Assembly (NCBI GenBank): GCA_021847985.1
Contig: JAJZNF010000193.1
Coordinates: forward strand, 21,866 to 85,865
Direction of reading: 5' to 3'
Length of the DNA stretch: 64,000 bases
Origin: Actinomycetes bacterium
Lineage (GTDB): Bacteria > Actinomycetota > Acidimicrobiia > Acidimicrobiales > Acidimicrobiaceae
The translations under genes and the position numbers were made by a program. Below are positions 1 to 9,941 of the stretch, in pieces (the stretch's first letter is position 1; every line of letters starts with the position of its first letter). Under the pieces are notes generated by a model. The model was given only the letters and a program-made list of their open reading frames with translations, had not been told where the DNA came from and did not search any database.

Positions 1-1154
1 CCGGGCTCCTCGAAAAGGCCGACCAGCGGCCCGGCGCTCGAGCCCTTCGCCACCACCATCGCCACGACACCGCCGCTCACGTGCATGGAGAACGGCGTCC
101 CGATCGGAACCGAAGCGATCGTCTTGAGCGGAATGCTCATCGTCCCTTGTGCCGGCACCGACTCCTTGAACCGGGAAGACCCTACCTGCAAAGTGGTGGA
201 AGGTACCGCCGTCGTGGTGGTCGTGGCCGAGACTCCGCCGACCGAAGAAAGGGTGCTAATCGAAACATTGGCGGTCTGCTCGGTGCCCGAGAGGTTGTAA
301 AGCTGGAGGGTCACCCCCTGGTTCGCAGTCACCGAAAGTAGCGGGAAGTCGTAGCCGGAGAAGATCTCCGCCGAAACCGGCACGAGAACCACGCCGGTCG
401 CGGACGGATCCGAGCGGACCTCCACTGCGCCGGCCACGACGCGCCCGATTCGCGTTGTCACCTGAGCGGCTATCGGCCCCACGCCCTGCAGCCAATTGGG
501 AAGATAGACCTCCGTGGTGGAATGCCCTCCGACCACGATCGCCTGCAGGGGACCAGGCTGCTGCAGGCCGGACGGGGTGAGGAAGGCGATATCGACGATC
601 GCATCAGCGCCGAAAGGGTTGAAAACAGCCAGTGCCGCGGTCGAGCTGCCCTGCGTCGACATCCCCTCCACCAGCCACTGTGGCCCCGGAGAGGGCTGGC
701 AAAGAAGCTGCGAATAACCTTGGCTCCCAGTGGCGACCATGCCCACCACGTTGCCACCGCCCGGGAAGGTCACCTCGACACCTCCCGGTTTGCTGGCCGG
801 CAGCTCAAGAGTTACGGGCAGATTCGTGCCCGCAGGAACGGAATACGCCTTGTGGAGGTCCTTCCCGTTTCCGGAATAGAAGTCGACACTGGCGCGCTGC
901 GCGCGGGGTGACAGATTGGTGAGCTCCAATCCGATCGACACTCCCGGGACCTTGTCCAGGCGCGGAACAGTACAGTACCAGGTGGAGGAGTCCGAATTCT
1001 GTGGCGAGACGCTGAAGGCCGGTGCGAAAAGCACGTTAGGCCCGGCCGGGCCGCGGCCCAGATTAACCGTCGCGGCCGCGACCAACGCCAAGGCCAGTAC
1101 CGCCGCCACCACTATCCGGCGCAGAGCGCTTCGCCTGCTGTGAAGAGCCGCCAA
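1..1154 (-). CDS. DUF5719-like secreted/membrane-anchored protein (3' end runs off the window)
   Basis: Not in the ORF track because it has no stop in the window. Manual translation from TTG at 1154 (GGAGG upstream) gives LAALHSRRSALRRIVVAAVLALALVAAAT...SSTWYCTVP...LELTNLS. The ends of the frame I checked are open (...MVVAKGSSAGPLVGLFEEP at the window edge). It sits directly after the large GT2, the usual actinobacterial position of DUF5719. Confidence 0.7.
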   Translation of the reverse strand, partial: MAALHSRRSALRRIVVAAVLALALVAAATVNLGRGPAGPNVLFAPAFSVSPQNSDSSTWYCTVPRLDKVPGVSIGLELTNLSPRAQRASVDFYSGNGKDLHKAYSVPAGTNLPVTLELPASKPGGVEVTFPGGGNVVGMVATGSQGYSQLLCQPSPGPQWLVEGMSTQGSSTAALAVFNPFGADAIVDIAFLTPSGLQQPGPLQAIVVGGHSTTEVYLPNWLQGVGPIAAQVTTRIGRVVAGAVEVRSDPSATGVVLVPVSAEIFSGYDFPLLSVTANQGVTLQLYNLSGTEQTANVSISTLSSVGGVSATTTTTAVPSTTLQVGSSRFKESVPAQGTMSIPLKTIASVPIGTPFSMHVSGGVVAMVVAKGSSAGPLVGLFEEP

Positions 1155-1157
1155 AGC

Positions 1158-4145
1158 CTAACGCACCTCCGCGTGTGGCCGCGGAACGGGGGGCACCCGG
1201 GCAGCTTGGTCCTGGTCGCGCATGTCGCGCTCCACCGCGATGGAAACCTTGACGCGGGTGACGATCCTCGAAGTCACGAAAGCGCCGAAGAAGACCGTGT
1301 CCACGAGTGCGAGCCAGACCACAGCCACTCCGAGGCCCAAGGCCAATGCCGCGGCTTCCGAACCACCCGAGGGAACGCTCCCGACCGGAACCGCACGCAG
1401 CACCTGGTAGCCGGTGACTCCGGGGTCGGTCAGCACCTGGCCCAGGTCGACTTGGCGCGCCAAAGTGAGAGTCAGCCGCTGCAATGCCGGGCTCTGGGCA
1501 GCGGCCGGATACGCAAGGTAGGAGATGCCGTCCTGGGCGAGGTACGTGCCCAGCTTGGTGGTCTCCAGAAGCGCCGCCCGCGCCAGGCCATCGTAGGAGG
1601 AGGTGTAGGACTCGGCTCGAATGGGCGTATAAGCGCTTTCGAAGGAAAGGTCTCGCCCGGAGGTTACCGAATACGCGACGCCGCTGGCAAACCACCAGGA
1701 GCCAGCGGGAATCGTGGACGGCGTGCCGATCCACAGTACCTTCGCCGCCCGCCCATGACTGCCGGTCACCCACCCCAGCGAGTCCTCGTATCCGGAAGCG
1801 GGGATTCCCAAACGTCCGCCGAGCAAAGGGGCGCCGATGCCCAGAACGGCCGCCAGTACGCCCACGACGACCGCCGCCCCGCTCAATTGGCGAACACCGA
1901 ATGCCTCGCGGGGCAGGTCCCGATAGATCGTGTCGACCGCGTTGGCCGACCCGTAGGCCGCAAATGCGGCAAGCAGCGGAGAGAGGAAGACCAGAGGCAC
2001 GGGGTCATGACCAAGCGCCCCATTGTTGGACGCCACAGCCAGAATGAAGACGACGGCTGCCGCGACGATCGCCACCTCGGCCCGCAAAGCCCGGCTGCCG
2101 CGCGCCACGAAGGGGGTCACGACCAGCCCGAGCAGCGCGAACTCACCGAAGGGGTTCACCGACGCGCCTGCACCCACCTGGAAGCGCAGCAAATCCAGAA
2201 GGCTGACGTGCGATGGGGGCGCCGAGCCGAGCAAGGAGGCAAGCGCCGTCCCGGGATCCAGGTATCCGGCAAACCAGCTGGCGTTGGCCACCAGGGTAAT
2301 CATCAGCACGAACAGGAAAAACCTACCGAGCGCCGAGTACCCGGCGGCACGTGCCTTGCCCGAAGCGGAATAGGCGCCTATGACCGCCACGGCCAGGATC
2401 AATTCCACCACTACGAACCCGGGCGCCAGGGCCGTCGCGAGCGCGCCCACCATGCCCGCCCGCAAAACGGGGCGGAGAGAGAGCCGATCACCGGCTACGG
2501 CGGACTCGACCAGGTCCAGAACTATCCCGACCAGCCAGGGGGAGAAGGCAAATGTCGCGAGCCCGAATAGCGACATGAGCGAGAAGACACCCACCAGCGA
2601 TCCAGCCGTTGCATAGGTGAGCAGGGCGAGCGTCGCGGAAAGAGGGTTGCGGTACTTCGCCCCCAGGCGATATGCGCCAGCCAGTCCGATCAGGATCAGG
2701 CCGCCGAGGAATGCATGCGTCAAGAGGCCGGTGGCGCCGAAGAAGGGGAGGCCAAGTATCCCCATGATCAGGTACCCGGCCGGAACCGAGGTACCCGCGC
2801 TCGAGGTGGGCGACAACGAACCCGAGAAGAAGTCGGACAAGAGACTCGCGCCATGCGGGAACGAGGCGATGGTTCCATATGCCGGAAGCGCACCGAGGAT
2901 CACGTGGCGGGAGGCTATAAGCACGTAGAGAACGACGAAGACTTGGATCACCCGAGCGATGCGCCGCTGCACGAACCTGGTCGCCATGGCGGTCGGATCG
3001 GTGCTCTCCTCTTCCAGCAGGTGCTTCTCCAGGATTGCCCCCGGCGAGCTCCTCCTCGATCGCTCCACCTCGTAGCGAAGCATCGCCCTGGTGTTGCGCT
3101 GGTGGGCGAAGAACGCCGTTAGGCGCGCCGAGCCGCGTGCGAGACGAACCTTGAGCTCGGGCTGATCCACCAGCCGAAGTTTGTTCATCACCTCCTGCCG
3201 GTGAGTGGCCTCGGCGCTCCTCCTGCCGCTGGAGGCCGAGCGGAGGGCGGAGATGATCGACTTCGCGGTGCCCAGGCGGCCCGTCACAGCGAAGTAACTT
3301 GCCTCCATCAGGGCCAGCACCCATAGCTGCACCGCCGACACCCGGCGCATCATCCCATCCGTGTTGTTGTTCACGCAGCGGAGCTGATTCGACCTGACGT
3401 AGTAGGTGCGCTCGGAACGGCGCAACCTCCTCCTGATCGGCTGGTACTTCGACGCCAAGTACGCGTTCACGGGACCACTGACAAGGATGCCCATGTGCCG
3501 CACCTTGGCGAACGAGGATGCGATCACCCTCGCACCGGCCAGCTGAGCCCGGAAGGAAAGATCCACGTCCTCACCGAAGAGGAACATCTCGGGATCAAAG
3601 CCGCCCAGCGCCGTGAAGAGGTCGTGCCGGACCAGCATCGCCGCGGCGGAGGCCGCGAAGATCTCCTCCACTATCGGATACTGGTCCTGGTCCAGGTCCC
3701 CAACATCGACCCGGCTGCGAACCGCGCCGGTCCGGTCAACGCCGAAGCCGAGCGAAAGCACCCTGTCCGGATAGTCCCAGGCCACGATCTCGGGGGCGAC
3801 AACCGAGGCGTTCATGCGCAGCGCGTCTTCGACCATCACCGATACGGCGTCGGGCGCCACCGCGATGTCGTCGTGGCAAATAAACAGATACGCCGCGGAC
3901 GGGACGCTCTTCACCGCCTCATTGACGGCACGCGCGAAACCGAGGTTGCTCTCGTTGCGGATGAGAAAAGCGCGCGGCGCCGCATCCACAACCCGGGCCG
4001 AAATCGGCACCTTTGAGCCGTTGTCGACGACCATCAGGGAGAGGTTGGGGTAGTCCGAATCGACCAGCGAAGCCAGCGCTTCCTCCAGCCAATCGCCCGG
4101 ATCGTTGGCGACCAGCACCGCTACTACTAGGGGAGGGGAAGACAT
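1158..4145 (-). CDS. Glycosyltransferase family 2 with large multi-pass membrane C-terminal region (995 aa)
   Basis: N-terminal GT-A motifs VVDNGS, NLGFARAVN, HDD, GGFDPEMFLFGEDVDL; many hydrophobic segments in the C-terminal ~600 aa. Confidence 0.85.
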   Translation of the reverse strand: MSSPPLVVAVLVANDPGDWLEEALASLVDSDYPNLSLMVVDNGSKVPISARVVDAAPRAFLIRNESNLGFARAVNEAVKSVPSAAYLFICHDDIAVAPDAVSVMVEDALRMNASVVAPEIVAWDYPDRVLSLGFGVDRTGAVRSRVDVGDLDQDQYPIVEEIFAASAAAMLVRHDLFTALGGFDPEMFLFGEDVDLSFRAQLAGARVIASSFAKVRHMGILVSGPVNAYLASKYQPIRRRLRRSERTYYVRSNQLRCVNNNTDGMMRRVSAVQLWVLALMEASYFAVTGRLGTAKSIISALRSASSGRRSAEATHRQEVMNKLRLVDQPELKVRLARGSARLTAFFAHQRNTRAMLRYEVERSRRSSPGAILEKHLLEEESTDPTAMATRFVQRRIARVIQVFVVLYVLIASRHVILGALPAYGTIASFPHGASLLSDFFSGSLSPTSSAGTSVPAGYLIMGILGLPFFGATGLLTHAFLGGLILIGLAGAYRLGAKYRNPLSATLALLTYATAGSLVGVFSLMSLFGLATFAFSPWLVGIVLDLVESAVAGDRLSLRPVLRAGMVGALATALAPGFVVVELILAVAVIGAYSASGKARAAGYSALGRFFLFVLMITLVANASWFAGYLDPGTALASLLGSAPPSHVSLLDLLRFQVGAGASVNPFGEFALLGLVVTPFVARGSRALRAEVAIVAAAVVFILAVASNNGALGHDPVPLVFLSPLLAAFAAYGSANAVDTIYRDLPREAFGVRQLSGAAVVVGVLAAVLGIGAPLLGGRLGIPASGYEDSLGWVTGSHGRAAKVLWIGTPSTIPAGSWWFASGVAYSVTSGRDLSFESAYTPIRAESYTSSYDGLARAALLETTKLGTYLAQDGISYLAYPAAAQSPALQRLTLTLARQVDLGQVLTDPGVTGYQVLRAVPVGSVPSGGSEAAALALGLGVAVVWLALVDTVFFGAFVTSRIVTRVKVSIAVERDMRDQDQAARVPPVPRPHAEVR

Positions 4146-4270
4146 ACCGGACTACATAGACTAGCCCGCGAGCATCCTGAAACCCACCTTGGCCCCGTGG
4201 CCGGCACATTCGGCACAGACCGGCCATATGCGTTTCCTGGGCGAGAATGCTGGAACTGACGGAGGTTCCC

Positions 4271-4435
4271 ATGGACAAGAGCGCCGGCGACGAACTGCGT
4301 GAGCTGGCCTTCACGGTTGTCGGGTTCGGCGTGCTCGGATTCCAGCGGCTCATGGTCGCTCGGCATGATATTGAAAAGGCGGTCTCCAAGAGCGTCGGCG
4401 AACTCGCCCGCCGAAGGATCATCCCGAAGCCCTAG
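4271..4435 (+). CDS. Small hypothetical protein (54 aa)
   Basis: GGAGG at 4261 then ATG at 4271; MDKSAGDELRELAFTVVGFGVLGFQRLMVARHDIE; fills the gap between flanking genes. Confidence 0.55.
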   Translation: MDKSAGDELRELAFTVVGFGVLGFQRLMVARHDIEKAVSKSVGELARRRIIPKP

Positions 4436-4468
4436 CCGGAAGGTGACAGGACCCCTTGGGCGCGGCAC

Positions 4469-5386
4469 TCAGGCGTCGCCCCGCAGTCGCCAGTGCTCCA
4501 GTACGGCGGACAGCGTCGACTCCAGCGCCAGCATGGGCCTGAAGGAAGTTGCAGCCTCCAGCTTGGAAACATCCCCCACCAGGCGCGGGACCTCCACCTT
4601 TCGCACCAGGGATTCGGAGACCTCGGCACGCAATTCGGTGCCCGCCAGGCGCAGCATCTGATCTAGAAGGTCCGAAACCGCGACGCCCCGACCGGAGGCG
4701 ACATTGTAGATCTCGCCGCTGGGCGCCCTCTCCATCAGCTCGCAATAGGCACGTACCACGTCTCGAACATCCAGAAAGTCGCGAACAGCGCTCAAGTTCC
4801 CGACCTCGATCGAGGACGCGCCCGATCGCTCGGCCACCACGATCCGCCTTGCCAGCGCGGACACCAGGAAGTCGGGGCTCTGACCGGGACCAATGTGGTT
4901 GAAGGGCCTTGCGATCACCACGTCGATTCCAAAAGCCCGCCAAGCTTGCTTGACGAACTCCTCGGCCGCGAGCTTCGAGGCGGCATAGGGGCTCAACGGG
5001 GCGGGCTCCACCGACTCCGATATCCTCGCGACTTCGGGCTGGTTGCCGTAAACCTCGGCGGAGGAGACAAAGAGAAAGCGGCCCTTGAAGCCTGCGCCGG
5101 AAAGGCTCCCGAGCAGGTTCGCGGTTCCGCCGACGTTCACCTGGATGACCGACGCCGGGTCGCTCCAGCTTCGCCCCACGTGACTAAGCGCGGCAAGGTG
5201 GAATACGCCGCCGGCTTGGTCCGCGCCAAGGCGATCAGTGAACGCCTTGACCTCGACATCGAGGGCGGCGCGATCCGTCACGTCCACTCCGGCCGTCAAC
5301 TCGGCCACTTCGTGACCCCGGCGTCGCAGCTCCTCGACAAGATAGGGGCCGACAAAGCCGTTGGAACCGGTGACCAGTGCGAACAT
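4469..5386 (-). CDS. GDP-sugar SDR, GDP-4-dehydro-6-deoxy-D-mannose reductase (Rmd)-like
   Basis: TGSNGFVG, HLAALSHV, SSAEVYG, YAASK, RPFNHIGPGQ, GNLSAVRDFLDVRDVV. Confidence 0.8.
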   Translation of the reverse strand: MFALVTGSNGFVGPYLVEELRRRGHEVAELTAGVDVTDRAALDVEVKAFTDRLGADQAGGVFHLAALSHVGRSWSDPASVIQVNVGGTANLLGSLSGAGFKGRFLFVSSAEVYGNQPEVARISESVEPAPLSPYAASKLAAEEFVKQAWRAFGIDVVIARPFNHIGPGQSPDFLVSALARRIVVAERSGASSIEVGNLSAVRDFLDVRDVVRAYCELMERAPSGEIYNVASGRGVAVSDLLDQMLRLAGTELRAEVSESLVRKVEVPRLVGDVSKLEAATSFRPMLALESTLSAVLEHWRLRGDA

Positions 5387-5400
5387 TGCCTCCCCCAGCG

Positions 5401-6531
5401 TCAGAGACCCAGGATACTACGGTAAAGCTCAAGGTGGCCTTGGGCGCTTGCCCGCCAGGTCATAGCCGCCGCCCGGCTGCGCCCCGCTTCCGCCTTGGCG
5501 GCCAGCGATCCGCCTCCTTCGATCGCCTCCGCCAAGGCGGCCGCGATCGACGAGACGTCATGCGGGTCCACCAGGAGACAATCCTCGCCCGCATATTCGG
5601 CCATTGCCGAGTGAGCGGAGGTGATCAGCAGACTGCCCTGCGACATCGCTTCCAGTCCCGGGAGCCCGAAGCCCTCCTCCAGCGAAGGATACACGGTGGC
5701 CACCGCCCGCCTATAGAGCGCACCGAGCTGCAGGTCGCCCACAAAGCCCACCAGCCTCCCTCGCCCCGAGGCCTCGAGTCGCTCGAGCTTGGGGCGCAAC
5801 CCGCTGTCCTTCCAGCCGACCAGCCCCGCGATGACGAGCTCGACCTCGGAGGTCTCGAGGGAGAGAAATGCGTCTAGCAGGCGCTCGAGATTCTTGCGGG
5901 GCTCAAGGGTGCCGCAGAACAGGAAGTAGGGACGGCGAACGCCAAGAGGCGCGATGATGTCGTCGTCTCCGGCACCTTCGGGCGCAACGAATCGTGCCGG
6001 TGCAACGCCATGGGATATGACCACGGTGCGGGCTTTGGTGTCAAAATGGCGGCGGAAGGCTTCGAGAGCGCTCCGGGAAGGAAAGACGAGGCCGTCGGCC
6101 CTGGCCGCGGAGGCTGCGATCATCCTCCGGAAAAAGACCACCTTGCTCCGTTGATGCCACTCGGGATGCTCGAGAAATGTCATGTCGTGTATCGTCGCGA
6201 CAGTCTTGATGCGCAGACCGCCGGGCAGCGTGTAATGAATTCCGTGGTAGAGCGCCGCCCCGTGGCGCTCGACCGTTCGCGCCATGGCCAGCCGTTCGAA
6301 TGCGATCCGTGCCGGACGAGGAGCGGGGACTTCGCCCGCCACGCGCAGTCCCGGACAAAGCCGCCCGAACCTCTGCTCGTCCCCACGCTTGGCGATCGCG
6401 AGGAGTTCGACCCCCGCGTCCGGCGCTGACTTCACGGCCTCGCCAAGGAAGCCGACCGCGTAGCGGCCGACACCCGTCAAGCTGGCCGGCACCGAGCTCA
6501 CATCCACCGCGACCAGGCTCGAGCCACTCAT
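5401..6531 (-). CDS. Glycosyltransferase family 4 (group 1)
   Basis: TGVGRY, TIHD, GTLEPRKN, YPSLEEGFGLPGLEAM; start placed at ATG 6531, overlapping the upstream stop. Confidence 0.9.
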   Translation of the reverse strand: MSGSSLVAVDVSSVPASLTGVGRYAVGFLGEAVKSAPDAGVELLAIAKRGDEQRFGRLCPGLRVAGEVPAPRPARIAFERLAMARTVERHGAALYHGIHYTLPGGLRIKTVATIHDMTFLEHPEWHQRSKVVFFRRMIAASAARADGLVFPSRSALEAFRRHFDTKARTVVISHGVAPARFVAPEGAGDDDIIAPLGVRRPYFLFCGTLEPRKNLERLLDAFLSLETSEVELVIAGLVGWKDSGLRPKLERLEASGRGRLVGFVGDLQLGALYRRAVATVYPSLEEGFGLPGLEAMSQGSLLITSAHSAMAEYAGEDCLLVDPHDVSSIAAALAEAIEGGGSLAAKAEAGRSRAAAMTWRASAQGHLELYRSILGL

Positions 6532-7601
6532 AGGGCCGCCTCCAGCACCTTGCGCGCGGTGTCCTCCCACCGAAGTGCGGACGCCTTGGCCAGACCCTCT
6601 CGGACCAGGCTCGATTTGAGGCGGTCGTCAGAGAGCACGCGGACGATGCCGCGAGCGATGTCCCCCACCGAGCGTGGATCGACGATCTCGGCCACCTCAG
6701 GGGAGGTGGAGGGAATGAGGGAGGCAACAACCGGGGTGCAACTTGCCATCGCTTCGACCGGCGGCAAGCCGAAGCCCTCGTGCAGCGGAACGTAGACGAG
6801 CGCCGCCGCCCGTCGATAGAGACCGGCAAGCACCTGTGGGCTGACGTGACCGACGGGCAGGACGCCCGACCCGGGCGCCTTGCCCTCTCCCCATCCTTGT
6901 GGGCCGACCACTACCAGAGGAAATTCCCCTCCCAGCTCACTGCGGCAAAGGGCTGCCGCCTCGGCAAGGCGGGCCATGTTCTTGCGAGGCTCCAAGGTTC
7001 CCACCGAAAGCAGGAACGGCGAACGAACGCCCAACCCGTCGAGCAGGCGGTCGGCCGCCACGAGGTCTGCCGGCGGAAGATGATCGGCGCCGGGTGGGGC
7101 CAAGACGATACGCGACTCGGCGACACCAGCCCGGATCAGAGCGGCCCTGGACTCCTCCGAGATCGTGATCACTCGCCCCCCGGAACCTCGAATCTCTTCG
7201 AGCCTCCTCTCGTGCCACCTCAGACCCCGTCGGGTGAACGTCTCGGGCACCTCGCGAAAAGCCAGGTCGTAAACCGTAAAGACGCACTTGGGCGCATCCG
7301 GGAACCTTGGCCCGGCCATCGATAGGCTGAGGCAGGCGTCGTAGCCGCCCGGACTGCGAGCCAGACCCCACTCCCAAGCCCGCATCAGGGCCCGGTGCGG
7401 AAGGCGCGAATGATGGACCGGGAGGCCATACGCATCCAGCGGGTCCTCCCCAGACACCCTTGATGCGTACAGCTCGATCTCGGCACCGAGGGCGGGCGCG
7501 AGCCCTGCCATCCGGGAGGCGACCTCAGCCGTGTAAACACCGATGCCACCGGGCGTCGGCGAATGCAGCTGCTCGGCGATGACTAGAACCCTGGAAGCCA
7601 T
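6528..7601 (-). CDS. Glycosyltransferase family 4 (group 1)
   Basis: PGGIGVY, VGTLEPRKN, EGFGLPPVEAMA; start placed at ATG 7601 (MASRVLVIAEQ). Confidence 0.9.
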   Translation of the reverse strand: MASRVLVIAEQLHSPTPGGIGVYTAEVASRMAGLAPALGAEIELYASRVSGEDPLDAYGLPVHHSRLPHRALMRAWEWGLARSPGGYDACLSLSMAGPRFPDAPKCVFTVYDLAFREVPETFTRRGLRWHERRLEEIRGSGGRVITISEESRAALIRAGVAESRIVLAPPGADHLPPADLVAADRLLDGLGVRSPFLLSVGTLEPRKNMARLAEAAALCRSELGGEFPLVVVGPQGWGEGKAPGSGVLPVGHVSPQVLAGLYRRAAALVYVPLHEGFGLPPVEAMASCTPVVASLIPSTSPEVAEIVDPRSVGDIARGIVRVLSDDRLKSSLVREGLAKASALRWEDTARKVLEAAL

Positions 7602-7638
7602 GACTGCATTCGAACCTAATTGGCACCCGAGGCGCCGG

Positions 7639-8766
7639 CTATGCGGCGAGCGCCTTTGCATAAAGAGCCGCCAACCCCTTTGCGGTCTTGACCCAGCTGT
7701 AGCCCGATATCCGGACCGTGGCACGGGCCACCAGTGCCTCCCGCAATGCAGAGTCCTCCAAGACTCTCGCAAGGGCAGCGGCAAGCGCCGAAGCGTCTCC
7801 TGCGGGAACCAGCTCCGCGCCGTCGCCCAAGACCTCCGGGAGCGACCCGGCCAGGCTCGCCACCACAGGGGTGCCGAGGGCCATGGCCTCGATGGGTGGA
7901 AGGCCGAAGCCCTCGTAGATGGAGGGATAGGCGAACACGGACGCGCGGGCCAGAAGCTTGAAGCGCTCCGAGGAGCTCACGTAGCCGGGCAGGAGTATGC
8001 GCGACCGATGGGGATTGGCCTCCACCCTGGAGAGCACCTCCTCCGATCCCCAGCCGGGCTGGCCGGCGATCACCAGCCTCAGGTCGGGATGCCGGTCTCC
8101 CAAGTCGGCGAACGCGTCCACGAGCGTTGCGAACCCCTTGCGCGGCTCGATGGTACCGAGACCGAGGACGTAGGGCGCACCTGCCAGGCGCGCGGCGATG
8201 CCGGCATCCGCTCCGTCTTCCGCATTGCCACCAATTTCGGGCACGTCGGGCAGCCCATGCGGCACGGCGACCACCCGCTCCGGGTCGGCGGAAAAATGTT
8301 CCACCACCTGCGCGGCGACAAAGGCGCTTGGGGTGTGGACGAAAGCCCCGCCCCGGATGGCCCGAGCTATCAGCCGGGGGAACACCAGCGTCGACGGATC
8401 CGCCACATTGGGGTACAGGAGAGGCGTAAGGTCGTGCACGGTGACGACCCGGCGAGCTCGCAGGGAGGGCGGAACCACGAAGTTGGTGCCGTGAACTACG
8501 TCGAGGGGCCCGGTGAACAGCTCCACCCAGGGAAAATCGAACCGGCTCCAACTGGCCTGAAGCGGCCGCGCAGGCATGGGCAGCTGCCGTATCGGCACCA
8601 GGCCGCTCACGCTCGTAGCCAGGCGATTCCTGCGGCGCCAGCTCACGGCAAAGGGGCGCAGGTCCACCTCGGGTAGCGCCGCGAGCGCCACCAAGGCGTT
8701 GTAGCAGAACTCGCCTACGCCGGTACGCTGACCCAGCAGAGCCGTGGCCTCGTATCCAACCCTCAT
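7639..8766 (-). CDS. Glycosyltransferase family 4 (group 1)
   Basis: RTGVGEF, TVHD, GTIEPRKG, YPSIYEGFGLPPIEAMALG. Confidence 0.9.
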   Translation of the reverse strand: MRVGYEATALLGQRTGVGEFCYNALVALAALPEVDLRPFAVSWRRRNRLATSVSGLVPIRQLPMPARPLQASWSRFDFPWVELFTGPLDVVHGTNFVVPPSLRARRVVTVHDLTPLLYPNVADPSTLVFPRLIARAIRGGAFVHTPSAFVAAQVVEHFSADPERVVAVPHGLPDVPEIGGNAEDGADAGIAARLAGAPYVLGLGTIEPRKGFATLVDAFADLGDRHPDLRLVIAGQPGWGSEEVLSRVEANPHRSRILLPGYVSSSERFKLLARASVFAYPSIYEGFGLPPIEAMALGTPVVASLAGSLPEVLGDGAELVPAGDASALAAALARVLEDSALREALVARATVRISGYSWVKTAKGLAALYAKALAA

Positions 8767-8906
8767 CGGCAACTCCGGATCCCGTAGACGAGCAGCATGG
8801 CCGCTCCGAGAATAGCCTCCCGACGAGCATGAGGTTGCGAACCGGGCGGCACGAGCCGGACCTTGCGGGATAGCCTCGATCTGGGCAAGAGCGGAGAGGC
8901 GAAAGA

Positions 8907-9938
8907 ATGCACCCGGTTACGCGCTGGTTATCGGAGTCGACACGAATACCTGTCGTGGCGGCACCGCTCTTCATAGTCTCCAACCCAATGCTTGTCGCAG
9001 CCCAGTGCAAAGCCGGGGTGATCGGCTCGTTTCCCGCGCTCAACGCGAGGCCGGCGGAGCTGCTGGACGAGTGGCTATTCGAGCTCGAGGATGACCTGGC
9101 CAAGGCACGTCTCGACCAGCCGGACTCCCTGGTAGCACCCTTCGCTGTCAATCAGATCGTGCATCGGTCCAATGGCAGGTTGGAGGCCGACCTCGAGGTG
9201 ATCGTCCAACACCGGGTACCCGTGGTCATAACCTCCCTCGGAGCCAGGGAGGAGGTCAACGAAGCAGTGCACTCCTACGGCGGCATCGTCCTGCACGACG
9301 TGATCAACCGCCGATTCGCCCAAAAGGCGCTGGAAAAGGGCGCGGACGGCCTCATCGCCGTCGCCGCCGGTGCCGGTGGGCACGCCGGATCCACCTCGCC
9401 GTTCGCACTGGTATCCGAGATTCGCGAGTTCTTCGACGGCCCCCTGCTCCTGTCCGGCTCGATCTCCACGGGCCATGCCCTTCTTGCCGCGCTTGCCTTG
9501 GGAGCCGACTTCGGATACGTGGGCTCCGCCTTCATCGCCACCCAGGAAGCAAACGCCCACCCCGAATACAAGGAGATGCTGGTAGCCCACTCGGCGGAGG
9601 ACATCGTCTACACGTCGCACTTCACGGGCGTCAAAGGCAACTACCTCCGCCCCTCCGTCACGCGCGCGGGCCTTGATCCCGATCACCTCGAGGAGCGCGA
9701 CCCCAGCACCATGAGCTTCGCCGACTCGGGCCGGGCGGTAAAGGCCTGGAGAGACGTGTGGGGTTCCGGCCAGGGAATCGGGGCCATCAAGGAGATAGCC
9801 ACGGTTTCGGCCGTCGTGGAGCGATTGGAAAGGGAGTTCGTAGAGGCCCGGGAGGAGCTTGGGAAGAAGGTGGCCGCATTTGATGACGCCGGGGATGAAT
9901 CCGAATTGGGCGGTCCGTCCAAGCGACTTAGGATTTGA
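8907..9938 (+). CDS. Nitronate monooxygenase family flavoprotein
   Basis: PVVAAPLFIVS, AVNQIVHRSN, GAGGHAG, LSGSI, YVGSAFIATQEA, AWRDVWGSGQG. Confidence 0.9.
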   Translation: MHPVTRWLSESTRIPVVAAPLFIVSNPMLVAAQCKAGVIGSFPALNARPAELLDEWLFELEDDLAKARLDQPDSLVAPFAVNQIVHRSNGRLEADLEVIVQHRVPVVITSLGAREEVNEAVHSYGGIVLHDVINRRFAQKALEKGADGLIAVAAGAGGHAGSTSPFALVSEIREFFDGPLLLSGSISTGHALLAALALGADFGYVGSAFIATQEANAHPEYKEMLVAHSAEDIVYTSHFTGVKGNYLRPSVTRAGLDPDHLEERDPSTMSFADSGRAVKAWRDVWGSGQGIGAIKEIATVSAVVERLEREFVEAREELGKKVAAFDDAGDESELGGPSKRLRI

Positions 9939-9941
9939 AAC

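Noticed and set aside
1140-2570. Long alternative-frame/antisense ORFs (also 7616-9151, 9075-10436, 18642-19973, 30964-32400)
   Set aside because: They overlap well-supported genes and carry no recognisable motifs
4146-4270. CxxC-containing frame as a whiB remnant
   Set aside because: Lacks the four-Cys spacing and the G-[IV]-W-G-G motif
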